In this document: positions 31,494 to 41,444 of the stretch, piece after piece
How the letters are laid out: each line of letters starts with the position of its first letter
Numbering within the stretch: position 1 is the stretch's first letter
Source of the DNA: Macrostomum lignano
Lineage: Eukaryota
Reading direction: 5' to 3'
Length of the DNA stretch: 41,444 nucleotides
Assembly (NCBI GenBank): GCA_002269645.1
Contig: NIVC01004576.1
Location: 1 to 41,444, forward strand
Translations under genes and position numbers: made by a program
Notes under the pieces: model-generated
Seen by the model: the letters and a program-made list of their open reading frames with translations, nothing else
What the model was told of the DNA's origin: nothing
Database searches by the model: none

Positions 31494-32290
31494 CAGTTCT
31501 GTTTGGTTTGCGGTTTGTGTTTTGTTGCAGTTCTGTTTGGTTTGCGGTTTGTGTTCTGTTGCAGTTCTGTTTGGTTTGCGGTTGTGTTTTGTTGCAGTTC
31601 TGTTTGGTTTGCGGTTGTGTTTTGTTGCAGTTCTGTTTGGTTTGTGGTTGTGTTTTGTTGCAGTTCTGTTTGGTCTGCGGTTGTGTTTTGTTGCAGTTCT
31701 GTTTGGTTTGCGGTTTGTGTTCTGTTGCAGTTCTGTTTGGTTTGCGGTTTGTGTTCTGTTGCAGTTCTGTTTGGTTTGCGGTTGTGTTTTGTTGCAGTTC
31801 TGTTTGGTTTGCGGTTGTGTTCTGTTGCAGTTCTGTTTGGTTTGCGGTTTGTGTTCTGTTGCAGTTCTGTTTGGTTTGCGGTTGTGTTTTGTTGCAGTTC
31901 TGTTTGGTTTGCGGTTGTGTTTTGTTGCAGTTCTGTTTGGTTTGTGGTTGTGTTTTGTTGCAGTTCTGTTTGGTTTGCGGTTTGTGTTCTGTTGCAGTTC
32001 TGTTTGGTTTGCGGTTGTGTTTTGTTGCAGTTCTGTTTGGTTTGCGGTTGTGTTTTGTTGCAGTTCTGTTTGGTTTGCGGTTGTGTTTTGTTGCAGTTCT
32101 GTTTGGTTTGCGGTTGTGTTTTGTTGCAGTTCTGCTTGGTTTGCGGTTGTGTTTTGTTGCAGTTCTGTTTGGTTTGCGGTTGTGTTTTGTTGCAGTTCTG
32201 TTTGGTTTGCGGTTGTGTTTTGTTGCAGTTCTGTTTGGTTTGCGGTTGTGTTTTGTTGCAGTTCTGTTTGGTTTGCGGTTGGGTTTTGTT
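31494..32290. repeat. 33/34-bp minisatellite, right part
   Basis: About 24 units of the same GT-rich repeat as 17085-17284, degenerating after 32290. Confidence 0.97.
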
Positions 32291-34027
32291 TGAATTCCGC
32301 GTGTTCTGTTCGAATTTTGCGTGCTCTGTTTAAATTCCGCGTGTTCTGTTGCAGTTTTGAACTATTAGTATGTGCTTTTATGGATTGGAAGTTGTACGAA
32401 GTATGTTATGCCGTGCTGTTTTAAAAAGTTCTAAAGTTGAGCTTCTGTAAAAATCAAACCAGGCTAAAATTCTACTTACAGAATTTTGATCTATAAAGTT
32501 CCAAAAATACAAACGCTACGATTTTACCTAATCCGATTTTATGATCAAGTCTCGAGGAACAGCTACCAGATGGTAATGTAGTGACTGGCTGCTAACTGGC
32601 TATTCAGCAGCATTCACTAGCTTTCCCTAAGAGCTCTGTGATCCGCTGCACATCAGCTCAGTCCACCTGTTTGAGAGAGAGTTACCCTGTGCTGGGCCAA
32701 GGTGTTTACTGCCCGATGACTCATCGCCTGAGCAGGTGCGGGCAGCCACACACAATGTCTTCCCACTCGCGCTGAGGAGGCATAGCAGGATGACTCATCA
32801 CCTGCGCGGGTGTAATGGCTGCCTAGGAGGGAGTAAACAGGATCACTCATCCGCCCAATTTCTATTTTTAGTACAGAATAAGCACGTGACTGTGCACGCA
32901 TGTTATGCGTGGCCGCTGACCTTGAATCACGCCACTGCTGCGTGACAGGGTTACCTTATTTGGAAGTTGGCCTTGGATCACGCATCGCTCGCATGATTCT
33001 AAGGACCAAATAAGGAAGTTTCACGCGCTCACTGCATGAAACTCACGTGACTTTTGGAGTCTGATCGGCTATAAATACAGACCATTTGGGAGCCTTTTTC
33101 CTCCAGATCGCGTCGTCCTGCCTGGCCTCGACCGGAGCTGCCTCTCTGCCTCCGAGCTCTCCTCTCTCATTTCAGGATTTTGAGGTTTTTCAAGATCGAG
33201 CAGCAGTCTTAGGAACGATCAACTGTCGAGACATTTTTTAGATTTGCCTTTGCTCCGAGCGACTTCGTTATTTTATTTCAGGTGACGGATAGACAACTCT
33301 GCCGACGCGTCGAGTCCGCACACCAAGGTGGCAGCAACCCTACCAAGTCTAAGGCTAACATTTTAGGTTCTTTTCAGGCAAATCGATAGGTAGTACAACG
33401 GTACTATCTAGCTATTTCCGGAGCAGAGAGATCTATTTCTAGGAACATCTTCAAGAACTCGGGAAGGAGCGTAACAGTAACAACAGCTCGTGAGTTTTAA
33501 ACCGATTGCGTTCAAATTGTACAACGGAATCGGGAATATCAACATTACATACATATTATAGCTGCCGTAGCTTTGGTTCACTAACCATCAGCATTCTCGG
33601 GCCGCATTTCCGCACTGAACCGTAGAATACGTCAGTGCATGCCGCCTGCAACCACTGCGATAGCAATAAGCAATTACCAGGATTGATTTAGGGGAATGAG
33701 AACCCACCCTGGTTTTCTAGTGGATTTTGCACGCCTGATCAAACCTAGTAATGGGAATAATCTAATTTTATTGTGCCCGCATTCATCAAGAACGGAAGCT
33801 GGATTCGCACTTCATCGTGCAATGACCGACCGATCCGACACCCCTCCCCCCTTTACTGTTGCCTCGCTGAGAAACTGATTAATCAATGTGAAATTCTTCA
33901 CCATTTAACACTTTGAGCTCGATGTCTGATAAGCTGGTTCTTTGGGTTTGGGCGATTTATTATTTCTGTTTCAGTGACTGATTTTAAGGCAATTGGATCA
34001 CTGTAGTACACCACAGTAGTCCTTGGT

Positions 34028-34295
34028 TCAAGGTTTGTGAAGATCAGTTAGTGACCGATTATATTAGGTTCGTGAAGGTAAGTTAGTGACAGAGTATATT
34101 AGGTTCGTGAAGGTAAGTTAGTGACCGAGAATTAGGTTTGTGAAGATCAGTTAGTGACCGAGAATTAGGTTTGTGAAGATCAGTTAGTGACCGAGTATAT
34201 TAGGTTTGTGAAGATCAGTTAGTGACCGAGTATATTAGGTTTGTGAAGATCAGTTAGTGACTGAGAATTTGGTTTGTAAAGGTAGGTTAGTGATT
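34028..34295. repeat. 33/35-bp minisatellite (GTTAGTGACCGAG[TAT]ATTAGGTTTGTGAAGATCA)n
   Basis: About 8 tandem units in the same large intron. Confidence 0.92.
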
Positions 34296-34453
34296 AAATT
34301 TTTTGATTTCGAAGTAGTCGTTGGACTAACAAGTGACTATTTCAGTGACCTTCATTTTGTTTTTGGTGGTAGCCAAGACTTCCCCAGTTGCAGTTAGAAC
34401 GACAAAAAGTCAAATGTTACATGTATTGCAGTCGGGGGGAGACGCCATCTTAC

Positions 34454-34591
34454 TTGTCAATCCGAACAGAGCGGCAGCGGCCCTTTTAAACGTAAACCTG
34501 GGATTTCTTAGCGAGTAAACGGCGAACAGGTTGGACAGGACCAGCATCAGCAGACTCATGCCCACGAAGGACACGGCGGTGCGTAGCATGG
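34454..34591 (-). CDS. Claudin/PMP22-superfamily host gene, internal exon (TM2 and start of TM3); not in the ORF track
   Basis: CCGCAG acceptor ending 34592, GTAAGA donor at 34453, 138 bp phase 1-1; encodes (A)MLRTAVSFVGMSLLMLVLSNLFAVYSLRNPRFTFKRAAAALFGLT. Confidence 0.8.
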
Positions 34592-34942
34592 CTGCGGATG
34601 TTCCAACGGGGCAAGGTTGATTAAATGCTAATTAGCCGCTAGTGCAAAATTTGGGAGCCATTTTGATTCCACTTTCTTCCTGCACCAAAAATATGTGTTT
34701 TTCTTCACCATCCAACGAATCAGAAAACATGGCCTTTTTTTAATGGCTTTGATTGCGAGAGGCAGCCTGACACAACGCCTTAGGCAAACTTCCATTGTCC
34801 CACAACCTGCGCTGAGACAGTTCTGTCCATTCCGCTGACTCCTGATCGAGCACATGCAGGCGCGCCAATACTGTACACAGGCACGTACTCAAGCACACAG
34901 GGTGTACTTTTGCACACCAGCCCGGGCAAATGAATGTGGGGC

Positions 34943-35175
34943 CGCGCACGGAATCAAACCAGGGGTCGTGACGCGAGAGTCAGACGCTTTTACCGCTCTC
35001 AAAATGCTTTGATGCTGTAAAGTAAGTCTCTTAGTCATTACAAAATCCATCATAGAACTCAACGCCATACTGCAGTGATTACTCAACTGGTCACGTGATC
35101 GTCTAGCTGCCGTTTCAGTCCGCTGCCGAATAGGTGAACGAGCACGCAGTCGTACGTTTTGGCGCCCACTGCGGG
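34943..35175 (-). repeat. Dispersed repeat with a tRNA-like segment (copy 2)
   Basis: Colinear with 14256-14522; B-box variant GGTTTGATTCC on the minus strand. Confidence 0.7.
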
Positions 35176-35207
35176 TGGCAATGAGTTTACAAATCGAATC
35201 ATTGTGG

Positions 35208-35522
35208 CTCAGTCATTCAGTCAGTCAGTCAGTCAGTCAGTCAGTCATTCAGTCAGTCAGTCAGTCAGTCAGTCAGTCAGTCAGTCAGTCAGTCAGTCAG
35301 TCAGTCAGTCAGTCAGTTCAGTCAGTCAGTCAGTCAGTCAGTCAGTCAGTCAGTCAGTCAGTCAGTCAGTCAGTCAGTCAGTCAGTCAGTCAGTCAGTCA
35401 GTCAGTCAGTCAGTCAGTCAGTCAGTCAGTCAGTCAGTCAGTCAGTCAGTCAGTCAGTCAGTCAGTCAGTCAGTCAGTCAGTCAGTCAGTCAGTCAGTCA
35501 GTCAGTCAGTCAGTCAGTCAGA
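35208..35522. repeat. (CAGT)n microsatellite
   Basis: Direct tandem, about 310 bp; source of the SQSV ORFs. Confidence 0.98.
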
Positions 35523-36891
35523 TCACAGCTACAGTTCAGTAGTTAGTAAGGCAGGTTCCTAAGGCTAATAAAAACTTTAATTCATAAAAAATCAAATGTC
35601 AAAGCCAGTCCACAGGGCCAACTCGACGCTCTTTGGCTCACACTTTTGAGGTTTACTGCAACTTTAACGGCCTTCATAATAAAGGCCGTGCCCCAAACAA
35701 AACTGGCGCATTTTTTCTGTGCGTACGTTAAAGTAAAAAAAACTGACTTTCAAAAATCTGCAGGGGTCGCAAAACCCTGATGCAGGGCCTTGCTGTATCA
35801 GGCTTAAGTTCAAGGTGTGTAGAAGCTTTCGGATAATCAGTGCGCATGCATGCAGCGCACAGCAGTAGTGTACAGTCATCTGTGGACGCAGCTGCCTGTT
35901 GCAGGCTCTGTTAGGGATGTCTCTGGGAGACGCACGAAATGGCAAAGACGTTGTTTGGTCGGTTGTTGCTTTGAAAATTCGACCATGCAGTCCCTGCAGG
36001 GAGAAAATAGCGAGGCGGTGCGAGGCCGCCCCCCCCGCAATTATTTGGGCCTGGCGCTAATTGTTTTTCCGTCGCCAATTTTCGCGGGCCTGGCACGTGG
36101 AGATTCGGCAGATTTCGCTTCTGTCCCATGGCTTAAGCTGCCGCCGACCTGGCAATCTTTGGAACCCGAACCCTGGGTGCAGGTGCGCGGCTCGCGGAGC
36201 TGGAGATTATTCCAAGGAACTGAGGCCGATATTAAAAATTGCCAGGGCGAACTAATCTCTGGAAAATTGTTCAGAAATCAACCGTAATTCAGTGCCAATT
36301 ACAGCTGAACTACCTTGTCAGAGCGGGAGCGAAAATAGCCTGCTAAAATGACATCAGAGTTTTAAATACTTGAAAAGTATTTGAAGAAGTGCTATGATAT
36401 GAATCACTCAATACTTTTGTTCTTTACATATTATGATGCTTTACACTTGATTAAAAGAGAAAATATGAAAATGAAACTTTCACTACAAAACCATATAAAA
36501 CACAACAGAGTAAAATTTTGTACATGTTAAATTACAATAATGCTAATCTTGTGGCGAAAAATAGGATTTTTCCTGTATCCGCAGTGTATTTTTCCAGAAG
36601 ATTACGAGCGTAGCTCCCCTAAAAATCACGCGACTTTGTAGTTTTGCGTCCTTTTATGCTACAGAAGTTCTCGCTTTACACACCTACAACAATCAGGCTT
36701 AGGAATGCTGCACGGGACAGTCGGTATACAAAGATGTACCTCTGGGCATAGCCTTATGTGGCGTTCTGTGACACGCTGCATGCTTCAAGGACTCTCGACG
36801 CTTAAGCTTTGAAGTGAACGGCTCAAGCTAGCCAAGGGTTTCACAACGCGTTCACTCAGAACAATCAGCAGTGCTAATTGCATCAAATTAC

Positions 36892-37102
36892 CGTGATATT
36901 TAATCTTCCACAGGCCCTGACAGCCGACGAGATTGACGCCGTCCTCCGTCATAAGCGACAGGTCCGCCCAGTGGTTGGTGCAAGACGCCACCACCATGAG
37001 AAGGCCGCTGCCAAGGCTGGCCGCAATGGCCGATGCCAACACTCGGGTCTCCAGCTGCCAGAGGCGCCAACGCCCCATGAACGAGTTAATCCAGCCAGAC
37101 AT
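36892..37102 (-). CDS. Claudin/PMP22-superfamily tetraspan host gene, first coding exon (TM1, W...GLW motif)
   Basis: ASLGSGLLMVVASCTNHW...CQGLWKI; GTAATT donor at 36891 (phase 1). Additional small ECL1 exons between 36891 and 34592 cannot be excluded. Confidence 0.7.
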
Positions 37103-37645
37103 GTCGGATTAAGTCAAAGCAAATTCAGAATCCAGTTCAGAGAAGTTATCATGAAAGCTTAGCCGATAGCTGTTTGGAATTTATAATATCGCCATCGTCA
37201 GTAACTATATATACCGCAACTATATACGCTCGTATACCGCCGAACCCCCCTTTCTCTCTCCCAGGAAGAAAATTGCGAATTTGGTTTGGGCACTGCACAA
37301 GCAACAGCCAATGAGAACAGATGAACACAGCTGCAAATACTGTAGAGTGCTGCGTAGATTCCGAACGTCAGGATGCACAACAGTAAGAGAGCGTGAAGCG
37401 CGTGAAAGCGGAGGCAGAGTAAAGATCAGAAAAAAGGCTTGGCAGGCATATTTCATGCTTCACATGAAATCAACTCTGGACGGAGTTGAATGAATTCACA
37501 TTTTAAAGCAGTATTTCATCTCCATTGGGTAACGTTCCTTGCTTGGCTAGTAAGGACAAAAATGATTCAATAACAATCATTAGAAAAATAGAGATTTATC
37601 AAAATCACGACCCATTTCGCACTTATACCCGTAAAGCAATCCGAC

Positions 37646-37745
37646 GTCGATGACAGATATGTACTTTTACATTGTATCGACGGATATTGACGCCGTACGT
37701 CGGCTTAACTTCGGTGGGATGTAAAAGTACATATCTGTCATCGAC
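37646..37745. repeat. 100-bp palindromic element with 27-bp perfect arms
   Basis: GTCGATGACAGATATGTACTTTTACAT (37646-37672) / ATGTAAAAGTACATATCTGTCATCGAC (37719-37745); no clear TSD. Confidence 0.85.
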
Positions 37746-37808
37746 TTCGATAGACGCCGGGAGCGTCGGCCACCCGTCGCCGAGGTCAGATTGCTGTACC
37801 GAATAGGT

Positions 37809-38231
37809 CAGGGGTCGGCAAACTTTTTTACCTCAGGGGCCAGATGATTGCTGCGGGCCGGATATGAGACGAAGTGTGAATAGAGGAGAGAGAAAAGAGG
37901 ATGGAAGGTTATGAGAGATTAAAGAAGAGATGAGATGTGAGAGGCGAGGGGCGAGATGAGAGATGCGATGAGAGATGCGATGAGAGAAAATAATAGAGGA
38001 GAGGAGAAGAGGAAAGAGAGAGGAGAAGGGAGAGAGGAGAGGAGAGAGAGAAAGGAGAGAGGAGAGGAGAGAGAGGAGAGAGGAGATTGGAGAGAACTGA
38101 GAAGAGAGATGAGAAGACAAAACCTTGAGCGGCCGGATTGCTATTGTGAAGTTTCAAAAGACCCGAGGACCGGATAGAGAGAGGCTTCGCGGGCCGCATG
38201 TGGCCCTCGGGCCGGAGCTCGCCGACCTTTG
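37809..38231. mobile_element. hAT (Charlie-like) MITE with a purine-rich core
   Basis: TIR-like ends CAGGGGTCGGCAAAC / GCTCGCCGACCTTTG, subterminal GGGCC/GCGGGCCG motifs, 8-bp TSD GAATAGGT / GGATAGGT (7 of 8 match). Confidence 0.82.
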
Positions 38232-41200
38232 GGATAGGTGCATCGTCAGGTTTACGGCTCACATTGCTAGAAGCGAAAAGTAACTGATGACGAGAATATA
38301 CGAGAATTTCGGATGTCACACAAGCTGTACTTGTACGAAATATCTACTCACGCTCTCTTTTCGCGGATCCTTTGCACTATGTGCTGTTGAATTTCGCTCT
38401 CCTAAAGCTCGAATCAAAATGTGAAACGACTGCATGGCCTGTCTCGATCCGTTAGACGCATGTATACGAGTACATGGCTCGTAAATGCTAATCCTGCGTG
38501 CAATATGAAGCGCATAAACTTTTTAGCTTAAATATTGTTTTTATGGAAGATGTCTTACCTTAATGGCAAAATTTATTCTTTCTGTAGTGGTATTGGAGTG
38601 CAACCATCATTTAGGCGCCATATCAGTAAAAACTATGTGGCTTCTGAAGCGAAAGTACGAGCGTACATTTCTGGATCCATTTTAATAGCTGCAGTCGCTT
38701 AATTTATATAGTTATAAAATAGCTTCTTAGTTTTTAATTTTTTTAACCATAAAACACCAACTTGACTGATATTTTATTTGTTTTGTTGAAGAAAATGTAG
38801 GATCTGCCATATACATGTAAGACACCCTTTTTGCAGCAATAGCCCGACAAGCTAGAATCGTTACAGTTGCACAGTGCATTGTAATATATAATGCATACGA
38901 GTATAACTGTACTATACAACGATCGCACCGTTATCGTTCTGCATGGCGTCAAGGAAGTTATTCGGGCATGCGGTTTTACAACCACCAGGTCATAAAGAGC
39001 CATAACGGTGTCGGGACAAGTACACTCTGGCCGAAGTTACACCAAAGCTAGCTTTTTTCAACCATGCACCGCTTCGGTTTTGCACTACACATTGTAAATG
39101 TACATATATCTGCATGCATTGGAGAATTTATCTGGAATTTTAGTTGCGTGTACGAACTACATGTAATAAACGTAGCAATAATGCATGCAAGCCGTACAGC
39201 AACGATCGACGTTTTGACGTCCATCGGCGTCGCGCTGGCAAAAATGTTTTTTACATGCATTACGCCAACGGATGACAACGTTTTACGTGGCCGGGCTAAA
39301 CGTCGTATAATTTAAGAGCGACCCTTTGCCAGCGACGCCAAGCGATGTCGGGTACTACTACGTTGCGTACGATCTTCAGGTTACGTTGAAATTTTGCACA
39401 GGCTGTTAGTGTACTGTATAAAAATACACATATAAAGGGAAAAAAACACAACGATCCTTTCGAATGGGAAAAAGACGCGCAGTATATTTCAGACTCTACA
39501 TGGACTGCATGTCGGGCGGTCGAGCGCGCTGCGGTCAGTCCCAGGGTTTAAACAAAAATCTGATTGCAACTGCAGCGGTTCCGGCCGCAAGCCGGGTGCA
39601 GGAGGGTTATAGGTCGTGTTGATCGAGGTCTGCAGAGGCAGTCCGATGATTACTGTGCCTCAGCAACAGAAGTGTACCTAACTGACCTCCTCTTGCTACG
39701 AATTAAAAGCCGATTCACATAGATCTAAATGAGCTTGTTCATTCATCTGATCTGACAATTGTAATTGAATGAGTTGCGGTCTGCACTATAAATAGTACAT
39801 GTAATTGTACGTGAATAGAATTCGAAAGGTCACCATTGACACGATGATTGGATAATCTCGATGATAAAAATCAAGGTTTTGCACTACTGACTAGCTGCGA
39901 GTATCCATCTCATGCATACAAGTAACAGTACACACGTGGCTGACGAAATTAATTACGATCGTTACCCTTAAAAGTAACAAAACTTTTCCTCGATCCTGTG
40001 TGAAAAAATTAGTAACGTTGTTTAATAGTTACTTAGAATTTACCTTTCCCTTTCTAGCAAAACTCATTTACAAGTATATGTTAATAGCTTGGCAAGTCTC
40101 AATGGCATTTTTCCTGCAAATAATTTATGGGGCTTATGTGCATAATATAAACATGTACTCTGCTAACGTAGTGATGAGGACGCACTTTTTTCCAAATCCC
40201 GCGCTAGCACATGGGCTCTAAACTTACTAGCCTACTAACAGTGGGCAATGGGCATTTTTATCCTTTTCTGCGAATTGTCATAAAATCTATACTAGATATA
40301 ATGTTTGGTCATACTAGTAGTCATAATAACATAGGCGCAGCTTTTTGGGTCATACATCATCGCTTTCGAAGCTGTTCTGACAGCCACCTGCGCTTCACTC
40401 AGTGTTGAGGCGGGCGCCAGATGGTCTAAGAGGATGCGGGCGGTAGCTTTTTTTCTCATCATTTTGACAGGCCATCAAGATTTATGAGGTCAGAGCCTAT
40501 TGTTCGTGTTCACTCAAGCGTGTGACAGCTTTGACAGCTATGCGTTTTACCCCTAAAAGTACTTATTAGCGATTAGTGATTTCTCTTTCATTATATCCTC
40601 ACTTTTCTATTTAATAAGAGCTTTCTAATGTATATTTTTTCATTAATTTCTGTCAATCCTACGCGAAAAGTCATAAATCATTTTGTGCGATTTTGATTGA
40701 TTTATGGCCGCACCTGTCATCTTTTTTACGACCCGAGGGAACTGATTAGGATCTCCCGGTCACGTGATTCTGGTAGCAAACCAGCTTAGCCAATCAGAGA
40801 ATTCGACGCTCATTTTAACAAATCGGCTCAGCCAATCAGAATCGACGTGTTCCATTATAACAAACTGCGATCCAGTTGGCGGCTATTTAGACCGGTGTTT
40901 TTGGCCCGCTCGGACCTACCCCTCTCCTGGGTCTTGGCCTAACTTAGACCTCCCGGAGCTCGACCGTCGTCTTGATCCCGGATCACGACCCCCCATCATC
41001 ATCAAGGACGAATCCCCCCGGTCGTCAGCAGCGAACAGCAAGATTAAGAACATCACCTGCTAGCTATCTGCGAAGATTGTGACATCAGCATCATCCCGGG
41101 TCTACAGCTGCGAAGCACTAAGCCGATTCGGTCACTGTGGATTACCTGGTCTCCGGCTGTTGAGTTTCTGATTGGTTGGGTGAGAGGCTGCCTAGACTTG

Positions 41201-41444
41201 CTTGATTGGGTGATTCTTATCTGTCCCTGTTTCAGTAGCTGAATTAGGCGCACACCTTTGCTCATTTTGTTCAGTAGTGCTGTAATCGAGGCGGAAGTCA
41301 TTCAATAATACTGCTAGTAGTCTAAAACTCCAATTAGAATTGGAGTTTTGCGTAATTGGAGTTTAGAATGCGTAACTGACTATTTGTTCGCCGATGGCTC
41401 AATGAATAGCTAAGCTAGTAGGCGCCGGTCACAGTGGACCAATG

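Noticed and set aside
31444-32424. Three long overlapping hydrophobic Cys-rich ORFs (and those at 16985-17416); also a CRISPR-like periodicity
   Set aside because: All derive from the 33/34-bp minisatellite; units are directly adjacent with no unique spacers, no cas genes, and the context is eukaryotic.
34790-34880. Possible extra exon of the claudin-like gene (VLARLHVLDQESAEWTELSQR)
   Set aside because: An acceptor is plausible but there is no convincing phase-1 donor or family motif; needs transcript data.
35159-35546. SQSV-repeat ORFs
   Set aside because: Translation of the (CAGT)n microsatellite.
39222-39340. Imperfect inverted repeat GGCGTCGCGCTGGCAAA / TTTGCCAGCGACGCC
   Set aside because: Short, gapped and without a TSD; could be chance or a very old relic.
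41324-41365. 11-bp hairpin AAAACTCCAAT-TAGA-ATTGGAGTTTT with a further direct copy
   Set aside because: Too short to classify and close to the window edge; may belong to an element continuing outside.

Overview
Animal genomic DNA rich in repeats and transposons; the taxon cannot be proven from the sequence, though the repeat and gene style suggests an invertebrate such as a flatworm (inference). The centre of the window is a complete 14,209-bp Maverick/Polinton (adintovirus-like) endogenous virus at 17285-31493. It has 5'-AGTAG...CTACT-3' ends, ~500-bp imperfect TIRs and a 6-bp TSD (CAGTTC). It encodes integrase, protein-primed PolB, adenain-like protease, packaging ATPase, major and minor capsid proteins, a parvovirus-type PLA2, an adenovirus pX-like protein and several unknown ORFs. 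It is inserted in a 33/34-bp minisatellite inside the last intron of a minus-strand claudin/PMP22-like host gene (exons ~37102-36892, 34591-34454, 16995-16634) that the ORF track shows only in pieces. Also present: two exons of a DEG/ENaC channel gene; a near full-length LOA-like non-LTR retrotransposon (APE-RT-RNase H); an internally deleted Gypsy relic; three hAT-type MITEs with 8-bp TSDs, one only 36 bp long; two copies of a tRNA-like dispersed repeat; and several micro/minisatellites that generate spurious ORFs. The frameshifts I traced in the large elements are repairable by adding one base to a homopolymer run, so many may be sequencing artefacts.
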